From a virus, in IMG/VR virus record IMGVR_UViG_2894314779_000001, positions 1 to 45,929 of that record: a stretch of 45,929 bases of DNA. One strand, written 5' to 3'. Each line of letters starts with the position of its first letter. The first letter of the stretch is position 1. A program made the translations under genes and the position numbers. Below are positions 14,842-22,924 of the stretch, in pieces. A model generated the notes under the pieces. That model was not told the origin of the DNA. It ran no database searches and worked only from the letters and a program-made list of their open reading frames with translations.

Positions 14842-15699
14842 ATGAGCCAGTATCCCTCACTCCCCCTCTTCACCGACGCCTACATTGCCGACACGGCCCA
14901 CCTGACCAACGAGGAGCATGGCGCGTACCTGCGGCTCCTCATGTTCGCCTGGCGGTCCCCCGATTGCGGGCTGCCGGATGACGACATGAAGCTGTCCCGC
15001 ATGCTCGGTGTCACACCGAAGAAGTGGGCCTCGTTGAAGGCTGCCGTGATGGCGTTTTGGAGGCTTGAGAACGGTCGCTGGTTTCAGTCGAGGCTCTCTC
15101 GCGAGCGTCAATTCGTTGAAGAAAAAGTTGAGAAGAGACGCAACGCCGGAAAGCAAGGCGGTCGCCCTAAGTCATTGAAAAACCAAGAACCAGAGAAAGC
15201 AAATGGTTCTCAGGAGAAAAGCAAACCGAAAGCACCTACACCTACACCTATACTTCCTACGGAAGAGCGCGGGCGCGTGCCCGCGAACATGCAAGCCCGC
15301 ATGCTGGCTGAATTGCCGCCTGGGGTTGATTGGCCAATCCGCATTTCGATGAAGCTTCAACCGATCTTCGAATGCCTGGAAGCCGGAGCCGATTTCGAGA
15401 AGCACGTTCTGCCGGTCATCCACGAGGAGGCGAAGAACGCCCACGCCGCCGGCCGCAAGCTGTTCTCCTGGGAGAACGTGGTTCCGCAGATCATGGCGGC
15501 TGTCGAGCGCGACCGGAAGCCTGCGCAGCCCAAGCAAGACAACGTGTTCACCGATGAGGTTTGGAGCCGCGCCATTGAGGGCTACAAGCGGACTCGGCAC
15601 TGGTCCTACGGCAAGTGGAGCATGCCGCCTGACGATCCAGCTTGCTCGATCCCGACCCACATCCTGGCGGCCCATGGCTACGGAAGGGCCGCCGCATGA
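14842..15699 (+). CDS. DUF1376-domain replication-associated protein
   Basis: LPLFTDAYIADTAHLTNEEHGAYLRLLMFAW is the DUF1376 signature. I prefer the ATG at 14842 to the TTG at 14836 used by the track. Confidence 0.8.
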   Translation: MSQYPSLPLFTDAYIADTAHLTNEEHGAYLRLLMFAWRSPDCGLPDDDMKLSRMLGVTPKKWASLKAAVMAFWRLENGRWFQSRLSRERQFVEEKVEKRRNAGKQGGRPKSLKNQEPEKANGSQEKSKPKAPTPTPILPTEERGRVPANMQARMLAELPPGVDWPIRISMKLQPIFECLEAGADFEKHVLPVIHEEAKNAHAAGRKLFSWENVVPQIMAAVERDRKPAQPKQDNVFTDEVWSRAIEGYKRTRHWSYGKWSMPPDDPACSIPTHILAAHGYGRAAA

Positions 15700-16010
15700 T
15701 CTGCAGGTGTGGAGGAGAGACCCGCGTCGTCGACAGTCGGCATCCCAAGCCGCACGTCGTGAAGCGCGTTCGCCAGTGCGAGGCATGCGGGGAGCGCTTC
15801 CCGACGTTTGAGAGCCGCGAGGTCCCGACAACCATGAAACCGCGCCGCAAGGGCGCCAGCACCGAGGCCTGGCGGAAGAAGGTGGAAGCGGACCCCGAAT
15901 GGTACCGGCAGAACCGCAAGCGCTCCAGCCTCCGCAGAAAGGCGCGCGAGGCCGCTCAGGCGCTGGGGAGGCCCGTCAGGGAGATCTATCAGCAATGGGG
16001 TGTCGCATGA
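15696..16010 (+). CDS. NrdR-like zinc-ribbon protein lacking an ATP-cone
   Basis: MICRCGGETRVVDSRHPKPHVVKRVRQCEACGERFPTFE parallels the NrdR N-terminus (CxxC..V.DSR....RRR.CxxC..RFtTfE). The remaining 60 aa are basic and do not look like an ATP-cone. Confidence 0.6.
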   Translation: MICRCGGETRVVDSRHPKPHVVKRVRQCEACGERFPTFESREVPTTMKPRRKGASTEAWRKKVEADPEWYRQNRKRSSLRRKAREAAQALGRPVREIYQQWGVA

Positions 16011-16118
16011 CCCATCCCGCACCCCGCATCGAACGAAAGGCAGCAGCATGACGAACTCCCCCCGCTTCGCCCTGTCTGCCGATCCCCGCTAACCCTTAAC
16101 CAGTGAGAGCCCCCGCAC

Positions 16119-16733
16119 ATGGCTAAGAACCGCCGCAAGAAACACCGCCGCTACCTCGAAACCCCGAAGGTAACGCCCTCGCATTTCATCCGCCTGGAGC
16201 GGCTCAAGGTCGTCATTGACGAGAGCCGGAAGTGGTACGTGGTCCGCGTGAACGCCAAGACCGAGGTGAAGGTCCAGAGAGGGTTGGAGCAGGCCGGGTT
16301 CACGACCTACCGGCCCGTCGACACGGACATGGTGCGCCGGCGGGGCAGGGTGTACGAAGTCGGCAAGAGGCCGGCTGCGGGATACCTGTTCGTTGGCGTT
16401 ACGCCCGACAAGTGCGGCCACGAGGAGCTCTGGGCCTATCACGATAGGATCGTGGCTGGGGATCAGCCGTTCACGGTGATCGACCAGGAGGGCAGGGAAC
16501 TCGTCTGCGACGCTCGCATGGTGCAGGAGCGTCCGTTCTACCGCGTCATGGGGCCGTTCGGGGTCAAGCAGCTCCAAAGGTTTGCCGACCGGATCAGGCC
16601 GCCTCTCGTGGCAGCCCTGTGGTATAAGGGTGAAGTGCTCGGACATTTCCCGGCGATCCATTCCGGTCTCGTGGAAGGGGAGAAGCTCTTGTTGACAAAC
16701 GTCTTCGAGAAGCTTGAAACCCTAGCTGCCTGA
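16119..16733 (+). CDS. NusG/RfaH-like (NGN domain) transcription regulator, candidate late antiterminator
   Basis: WYVVRVNAKTEVKVQRGLEQAGFTTYRP ... AGYLFV is the NGN-domain signature. It is the last early gene before the packaging genes. Confidence 0.7.
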   Translation: MAKNRRKKHRRYLETPKVTPSHFIRLERLKVVIDESRKWYVVRVNAKTEVKVQRGLEQAGFTTYRPVDTDMVRRRGRVYEVGKRPAAGYLFVGVTPDKCGHEELWAYHDRIVAGDQPFTVIDQEGRELVCDARMVQERPFYRVMGPFGVKQLQRFADRIRPPLVAALWYKGEVLGHFPAIHSGLVEGEKLLLTNVFEKLETLAA

Positions 16734-16850
16734 TGCTAGTTATACCTTCACATATTCTTGTGGTGCAGTGTGCTCGCCCGATTGGGCTTTGAGCTACGAC
16801 CGCGTGAGAGGGATGGAGCCACGGCCGCTGTCCCTCAGAGTGCGAAGCCT

Positions 16851-16888
16851 GCAAGAAATCAGCCCCGGCGAGATGATCGCGCGGGGCT
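16851..16888 (-). terminator. Intrinsic terminator of the minus-strand membrane-protein gene
   Basis: Stem AGCCCCG/CGGGGCT (16861-16867 and 16882-16888) lies 3 nt after the stop and is followed on the minus strand by GATTTCTT. Confidence 0.5.
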
Positions 16889-16891
16889 CCC

Positions 16892-17131
16892 TCACCGGGG
16901 CTTCAGGCCGAAAAAGGCTTTTATCTTCTCCATCATCGCAGATGCGCCAAGGCTCTCCAGCTTGCTAAGCCAATACAGCAATTCAAAGGCTACCAAAAAG
17001 AAGCAGAGCCATACGATGGCCGTGATGAGATCTCCTGTCTTCTTATAGTCAGGGATGACGATCGCTAGGGCGAGGGCAAGCCCGATTGCTCTGCAGAACC
17101 ACGCAAACACATTGTTCTCCGTTCTGAACAC
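16892..17131 (-). CDS. Small two-pass membrane protein (79 aa), opposite strand, AT-rich moron
   Basis: NNVFAWFCRAIGLALALAIVIP and LITAIVWLCFFLVAFELLYWL are hydrophobic spans. GTG start, own terminator, AT-rich codons. Confidence 0.55.
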   Translation of the reverse strand: MFRTENNVFAWFCRAIGLALALAIVIPDYKKTGDLITAIVWLCFFLVAFELLYWLSKLESLGASAMMEKIKAFFGLKPR

Positions 17132-17445
17132 GCCCTCAACCTAATGGCAGATAAACGCAAATCCTACATCCGAGACGACGGCTGTCTCATGATCGAGATC
17201 AGCCCCAACCTCTACGTGGAAGAGAGCATCGCTGAGAGGCTGGGGCTGTTGAGGTAGGGCATGGACATCGCCACGCTGATCACCGTCCTCATCATTGTCA
17301 TTTTCCTTGCGGGCATGGCTTCGTCTCGCTGAATGCCCCGTCCTCCCGATCTCAAAGCAAGGCAGAGAGCATGGCCCCGTTCCGAGTGCTTTCCTGGGGC
17401 ATCCTCCTGATCTTTGCCCTGAGCATTGGCAAGATCCTGCCCTGA

Positions 17446-17778
17446 ATGCCCAAGCCCCTGGATCACAGAGCAAGGCAGAGAGAGCACGATGCCAAGCGCA
17501 CTGAGGAGAAGCCCTGGCGCCGCTGGTACTGGACAGCCCGATGGCGCAAGAGGGCCAAGAACCAGCTCAGGGTCGAACCCCTTTGCCGCAAGTGCAAGGC
17601 AGAGGGCAGGATCACCCCGGCCAAAGTAGCCGATCACGTCATTCCCCATCGAGGCGATCCGATCCTGTTCTGGGAAGGCGAACTCCAAAGCCTCTGCGAC
17701 CCCCATCACAACAGGGACAAGCAGCGAGAGGAGCGAGGCCGGTTCCAGGCTGTAGGTGAGGATGGGTGGCCCCTCTGA
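17446..17778 (+). CDS. Terminase-associated HNH endonuclease
   Basis: PLCRKCKAEGRITPAKVADHVIPHRGDPILFWEGELQSLCDPHHNRDK. It lies directly upstream of the small terminase, as in HK97-like cos phages. Confidence 0.9.
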   Translation: MPKPLDHRARQREHDAKRTEEKPWRRWYWTARWRKRAKNQLRVEPLCRKCKAEGRITPAKVADHVIPHRGDPILFWEGELQSLCDPHHNRDKQREERGRFQAVGEDGWPL

Positions 17779-17881
17779 GCACGCGGGGGGGGGTAGTCAA
17801 AACCTTAGGGCCGCTCGCCCATGCACCGGCGCCCCACCAAAACTTCTCACAAAGCCAGATTAATGTTCTGAGGTTTGAATT

Positions 17882-18277
17882 ATGGCGGCTCGTGGAGCCA
17901 AGCCGAAACCAGCGCATCTTCGTATCATTGACGGCACTCACCGGACCACGCGGCACGGTGATGAAGGCAAGGTCAAGGAGGCGGCAGAGGCATCTATCCA
18001 GAGTTTCGGTAAGCTGACCAGACCCAAGCACCTGAAGGGCGAGGCTCTGGCGGCATGGAAGAGATACATCGAACCGGCGTCGTGGCTTGATGCCTCGCGG
18101 GAGCCGGCAGCAATCGCGTTCTGCGAGCTGTGGCAGGAGTTCCGGTTCGCTCCGACCAGTTTCCCGGCTTCGAAGCATGGGCAGATGCGGGCCTACATGA
18201 GCGAGCTCGGTCTGACCGACGAGCGGAACCGCGGCGACATCGAGAAAGATGACAAGGACGAGTTCTTCGACGACTGA
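17882..18277 (+). CDS. terS: Terminase small subunit, P27 family
   Basis: PKPAHLRIIDGTHRTTRHG ... PKHLKGEALAAWKRYIEP ... FCELWQEF fits the P27 family layout. It overlaps the terL start. Confidence 0.8.
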   Translation: MAARGAKPKPAHLRIIDGTHRTTRHGDEGKVKEAAEASIQSFGKLTRPKHLKGEALAAWKRYIEPASWLDASREPAAIAFCELWQEFRFAPTSFPASKHGQMRAYMSELGLTDERNRGDIEKDDKDEFFDD

Positions 18278-20108
18278 CCGCGCTACCCTCTATGCAGAGG
18301 CCGTCGCCAGGGGCGATATCATTGCGGGGCCCCACGTTCGGAATGCCTGCCGCCGTCATCTGGACGACCTTAAGCGGGATGACATCGTTTTCGATGAGTC
18401 CGCCGCAGCCAAGGCCCTCCGGTTTTTTGAGGAGAAGCTTCGGCTCAGCGAGGGGCAGTTCGAAGGCAAGCCGTTTCGGTCGCAGCCAGCACAGGATTTC
18501 ATCATCGGCTCGCTGTTCGGCTGGAAGAAACTGGACGGGCGGCGCCGGTTCCGCAGGGCCTACATCGAGCAGGGCAAGGGGAACGGGAAGTCACCACTCG
18601 CGGGGGGCATCGGGCTCTATGGCCTGACGGCTGATGGAGAGGCTGGTGCCGAGATCTACTCCGCAGGCGCGACCAAGGAGCAGGCTGGCATCTTGTTCCG
18701 CGATGCCGTCAAGATGGTCGACAAATCGCCCGACCTCGACAGGCGGCTGAAGCGCAGCGGAGGGCCGGGCCGGGAGTATAACCTGGCGTATCTGCCCAAA
18801 GGGTCGTTCTTCAGGCCTGTTTCAAGGGAGACGAAGAAAACAGGTTCCGGGCCGCGCCCGCACTTCGCCCTCGTGGACGAAGTGCACGAGCATGCCGATG
18901 GCGGTATAATCGAGATCCTGGAGCGCGGCTTCAAGTTTCGCCGGCAACCGCTCCTGTTGATGATCACGAACAGCGGGTCCGACCGGAATTCGATCTGCTG
19001 GGCCGAGCACGAGCATGCGGTAAGGGTGGCGGCGGGTAACATCGACGCCAAGGACGACGATGCCCACTACCTGGGAGAGGTTCTGGACGACAGCACGTTC
19101 TCCTATGTGTGCGCTCTCGATCCTGGGGATGATCCCCTGAACGATCCGTCCTGCTGGATCAAGGCCAATCCACTGCTGGGAGTGACGATCACAGAGGAGT
19201 ACTTGGCTGGCGTCGTCGCTCAGGCCAAGGCCATGCCGAGCAAGTTGAACGGCATCCTCCGCTTGCACTTCTGCCAGTGGACGGATGCAGATACGGCCTG
19301 GATGACACGAGCCGCCCTTGAGCCTGCCATTGCTGATTTCGATCCGAAGGAACATCACGGCAAGCCAGTCTGGATCGGCTGCGACCTGTCCCAGAACCGG
19401 GACATCACGGCTTTGGCCGCTGTTGTGAAGACAGGAGAGGTTGAGATCACGTCCGAACGCAACGGTCAGAGGCAGACGGTTCGCAAGCCGACCTATGACG
19501 CCTGGATCGAGGCTTGGACCCCTGGCGATACCATGGACGCCCGTTCCTTGAGAGACAAGGCGCCGTACCGGCAGTGGGCTGAGGCGGGGCACATCCACGC
19601 CCCGAAGGGTGAGAGCATCCGGTACGACCACGTTGCGCAGGCATTGGCCGAATACGCCCATGACTTCAAGGTCGAGTGTGTGGCCTATGACCGCTATGCC
19701 TTCCGCCGTGGCTTCGAACCGGAATGCGCCGCTCTTGGCATCGATGTCGAGTTCGTGGAGCACCCGCAGGGCGGCACGAAGAAGGGCAAGCCCAACGAGG
19801 CGATGAGAACCGCGGCTGAGGCGGCGGATCGCGAACCGGAAGGCCTCTGGATGCCCGGGTCGGTTCGGGAGCTGGAAGACGCCATTCTGGAAGGCCGTAT
19901 CCGGCTGAAGAAGAACCCGGTTCTGATCTCCGCCATGATGAGCGCGGTGACGGATGAGGACCGCTGGGGCAATCGTTGGCTCGCGAAGGAGCGAGCCGTG
20001 AACAAGATTGACTGCGCCGTTGCCCTCTGCATGGCCGTGGGTGCGGCCGCTTCTTACGAAGGCGCTGCTGGTATGGACCTCGATGCCTGGATCGCGAGCT
20101 ACGCATGA
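18249..20108 (+). CDS. terL: Terminase large subunit
   Basis: ACRRHLDDL, FEGKPF, Walker-A-like EQGKGNGKS and ALVDEVHEH, with a nuclease-domain-sized C-terminal half. Confidence 0.95.
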   Translation: MTRTSSSTTDRATLYAEAVARGDIIAGPHVRNACRRHLDDLKRDDIVFDESAAAKALRFFEEKLRLSEGQFEGKPFRSQPAQDFIIGSLFGWKKLDGRRRFRRAYIEQGKGNGKSPLAGGIGLYGLTADGEAGAEIYSAGATKEQAGILFRDAVKMVDKSPDLDRRLKRSGGPGREYNLAYLPKGSFFRPVSRETKKTGSGPRPHFALVDEVHEHADGGIIEILERGFKFRRQPLLLMITNSGSDRNSICWAEHEHAVRVAAGNIDAKDDDAHYLGEVLDDSTFSYVCALDPGDDPLNDPSCWIKANPLLGVTITEEYLAGVVAQAKAMPSKLNGILRLHFCQWTDADTAWMTRAALEPAIADFDPKEHHGKPVWIGCDLSQNRDITALAAVVKTGEVEITSERNGQRQTVRKPTYDAWIEAWTPGDTMDARSLRDKAPYRQWAEAGHIHAPKGESIRYDHVAQALAEYAHDFKVECVAYDRYAFRRGFEPECAALGIDVEFVEHPQGGTKKGKPNEAMRTAAEAADREPEGLWMPGSVRELEDAILEGRIRLKKNPVLISAMMSAVTDEDRWGNRWLAKERAVNKIDCAVALCMAVGAAASYEGAAGMDLDAWIASYA

Positions 20109-21385
20109 ACTGGCTAAAACGAGCGCTCCGGATGACCGGCAAGAAGGACATTGAGCCGTGGCGATCCGGGCTCGCTTCGACCGAGAACGGTAACAACTTC
20201 GTCACCAATCAGGTCACGCTTGCGGACTATCGCGACCTTCGCCTGGCAAGTGGTTCGGCAGCTATTGGCCTATCTGCCACCTGGGCTTGTGTGCAGCTCA
20301 TCGCCGGCACTATCGCCTCGCTGCCGCTCATGGTCTACAGGACGGATGCGAATGGCATCCGTCGCGTCGCCCGGGATCACCCGCTCTATTTCGTGCTGCA
20401 CGACAGCCCGAACTATGACCAGACGGCCGTAGACTTCTGGGAGTTCATGGCGGCGGCCATCGAGTTGCAAGGCAACGCCTACGCCCTGATCGAGCGGCGC
20501 TCGGATGGGGCCCTGAATGCCCTGCACCCGATCCGGCCTGATCTGGTGCGGGTGCGCCGCCTGGACAATGGCGGCCTCGAATACGAGTGGACAGAAGACG
20601 GCCGTCGCGTCGTGAAGTCTGGCGAGCAGGTGCTCCATATCCGCGGGGCGATGGGTGACGCTCTCTCGGGCGTCTCGACGCTCTCCGCCTGTCGGAGTGT
20701 ATTCGAGGATGCTATCGCGGCCGAGACGGCCGCTGGAGCGATGTTCCAGAACGGGGTGAACCCAAGCGGTATCCTGAGCACGTCTGATACGGTTGCCCTG
20801 ACGAAGGAGCAGCGCGAACAGCTCGAGAAGCTGCTCCAAGAAAAGTATGTCGGTGCACTGCGCAACGGGCGCCCCATGCTGCTCGACAACGGAATGAAGT
20901 GGACCCAGCTCTCCATCAACCCCCAGGACGCTCAGATGTTGGAGAGCCGCAAGTTCAGTGGCGAGCAAATCTGCCGTCTGTTTGGGGTGCCCCCCGCCAT
21001 GGTGGGTTTTGGGGACAAGTCTTCGAATTGGGGAACGGGCAAGGAAGTCGACGTGCTCGGCTTCCAGAAGTTCACCCTCCGCAAGCGCCTGAAGCGTATC
21101 GAACAGGCCCTCCTGAAACAGCTTGTGCCCCTGGCCGAGCGGCGGATTCAAGGGATCACGATCGAGTTCAACTTCGAGGGGCTGCTGCGCGGCGACACGG
21201 AGAGCCGGTACAACGCCTATGAGCGGGCCATCCGGATGGGAATTGCGACCCGCAACGAGTGCCGGGCCCTCGAAAACCTGCCGCCGATTGAGGGCGGCGA
21301 TGTGGTGACAGTGCAGATGCAGGACATCCCGTTGAAAGACGCGATCAGCGATTCACGGCAAGCCCAAGGGGTGGTAGAAGAATAA
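20105..21385 (+). CDS. Portal protein, HK97 family
   Basis: Size, position after terL, and blocks FWEFMAAAIELQGNAYALIER and GEQICRLFGVPPAMVG. Confidence 0.9.
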   Translation: MNWLKRALRMTGKKDIEPWRSGLASTENGNNFVTNQVTLADYRDLRLASGSAAIGLSATWACVQLIAGTIASLPLMVYRTDANGIRRVARDHPLYFVLHDSPNYDQTAVDFWEFMAAAIELQGNAYALIERRSDGALNALHPIRPDLVRVRRLDNGGLEYEWTEDGRRVVKSGEQVLHIRGAMGDALSGVSTLSACRSVFEDAIAAETAAGAMFQNGVNPSGILSTSDTVALTKEQREQLEKLLQEKYVGALRNGRPMLLDNGMKWTQLSINPQDAQMLESRKFSGEQICRLFGVPPAMVGFGDKSSNWGTGKEVDVLGFQKFTLRKRLKRIEQALLKQLVPLAERRIQGITIEFNFEGLLRGDTESRYNAYERAIRMGIATRNECRALENLPPIEGGDVVTVQMQDIPLKDAISDSRQAQGVVEE

Positions 21386-21450
21386 AGCGGCCCGACAAGG
21401 TGCAGGAACACCAAGCCGGGCCTGACCATCACGATGCAGGAACATCGACA

Positions 21451-22203
21451 ATGGCTGACACTGTTTTAGACGCGCCGAGGGCGCTCCGCAACTTCGTTTG
21501 CGAGGGTTGCGCCGCTTCAATCCAAGGCATTCGACGGACAAAGAAGTTCTGTGAGGCATGCGCCAAACAGGCGCGGTTGGCCTCGGCTCGAAAGTATGAT
21601 GCGGCGAACCCGCGCGATAGGTCGGTGCAGAAGCAAAGGAAATGCTGCGGCTGCTCGACGGAGTTCGTCACAACCAAGGCATGGGTGCGCTACTGTGATC
21701 CGTGCAGGGCGGAAGCCCGCGAAGCAGGACCGTCTGAGCACTACTATCTGAGGAATCCGACAGCGACGAGCATATCCGGGGAGCATCGCACCTGCCGTCA
21801 TTGCGGGGGCGGGTTCCCGGTGAAGGCTAAACGGCAGGTGTTTTGCTGCCGATCCTGCCGCCAGAAGGCCGAGAGTGCGACCCCAGAGGTAAGGCTGAAT
21901 GCTCGCGTTCGTGCAGGCATTCACAAGACCCTCAAATCTGGCAAGGGCGGGCGCTCGTGGTCTGAATTGGTCGGCTATAGCGTTGAGGAGTTGAAAGCTC
22001 ATCTAGAGCGGCAGTTCCTTCCCGGCATGGGCTGGCACAATATGGGCGATTGGCACTTAGATCATCGTCTGCCGCTCGCCTCATTCAGTTTCGATAGCGC
22101 AGAGCACCCGGATTTTCGGGCGGCATGGGCACTGACCAATCTGCAACCCTTATGGGCGGAGCAGAACATCAAGAAAAAGGCACAGCGCCTCTTCTTGGTC
22201 TAG
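21451..22203 (+). CDS. Triple zinc-ribbon plus HNH-like endonuclease inserted between portal and protease
   Basis: Three CxxC...CxxC pairs (CEGCAAS..FCEACAKQ, CCGCSTEF..YCDPCRAE, CRHCGGGF..CCRSCRQK). C-terminal WHLDHRLPLASF...NLQPLWAEQNIKKK. ATG at 21451 with AGGAA upstream. Confidence 0.75.
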   Translation: MADTVLDAPRALRNFVCEGCAASIQGIRRTKKFCEACAKQARLASARKYDAANPRDRSVQKQRKCCGCSTEFVTTKAWVRYCDPCRAEAREAGPSEHYYLRNPTATSISGEHRTCRHCGGGFPVKAKRQVFCCRSCRQKAESATPEVRLNARVRAGIHKTLKSGKGGRSWSELVGYSVEELKAHLERQFLPGMGWHNMGDWHLDHRLPLASFSFDSAEHPDFRAAWALTNLQPLWAEQNIKKKAQRLFLV

Positions 22204-22214
22204 GAGAACTCTCA

Positions 22215-22892
22215 ATGTTCAAGAAGTCTTTCGGCTTCTCCACTGAGGAGGTGGAGCAGGACGGCACTTTTGTGGGCTACGCCAGCACGGTCTTCGGCGA
22301 GCCGGATGCCTACGGGGACATTGTTCTTCCCGGCGCATTCAAGAAGACCTTGGCACGGTACACCGCCGAAAAGTCCATGCCCTCCATGCTCTTCGGGCAC
22401 AAAGCGGACGAACTCCCCATCGGCGATTGGATCGAGATGGTAGAGGACGAGAAGGGACTACGCGTCAAAGGCCAACTCGACCTTGACGACCCAGAAGGCG
22501 CGCGGGTTCATCGCGCCTTGAAGAAACGCCGCGTAAATGGCCTTTCTATTGGCTACGTGATCCCCTCGGGTGGCATCGAGCCGGACCCCGAGCGTAAGGG
22601 CGTCTACTATCTGAAGGAAATCGACCTTCGCGAAGTATCGGTGGTCAATTGGCCCGCCAACCGAAACGCCCTAGTCGATGGCGTGAAGGCCGAGGCCATA
22701 CACCAGATTAAGAGCAAACTGGCAGCCGGGGACCGGCTGACTGAAAGAGAGTTTGAGCTGTTCATGCGGCACGCCGCAGGACTCTCCAACTCGCAGGCGG
22801 AGCGCGCCGCACGCCTCCACCTGAAGGGGCAGGGGGAACCTGCCGAAGCGGCTGACGAAGGGCTCGCGTTCTTGCGCGCCCTTAAGGGCTGA
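22215..22892 (+). CDS. Prohead protease, HK97 family
   Basis: FVGYASTVFGEPDAYGDIVLPGAFKKTL ... MLFGHK ... VNGLSIGYV ... LREVSVVNWPAN. GGAG upstream of the ATG at 22215. Confidence 0.9.
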   Translation: MFKKSFGFSTEEVEQDGTFVGYASTVFGEPDAYGDIVLPGAFKKTLARYTAEKSMPSMLFGHKADELPIGDWIEMVEDEKGLRVKGQLDLDDPEGARVHRALKKRRVNGLSIGYVIPSGGIEPDPERKGVYYLKEIDLREVSVVNWPANRNALVDGVKAEAIHQIKSKLAAGDRLTEREFELFMRHAAGLSNSQAERAARLHLKGQGEPAEAADEGLAFLRALKG

Positions 22893-22924
22893 CGCCCAGC
22901 ATCAACCAAAATCAGGAGGTTCCC

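Noticed and set aside
13364-16661. Minus-strand ORFs opposite dnaB, the DUF1376 gene and the NusG-like gene (13364-14164, 14348-14767, 15172-15831, 15678-16049, 16089-16661)
   Set aside because: They are antisense to genes with strong family signatures and give Arg/Gly/Pro-rich shadow-type translations.
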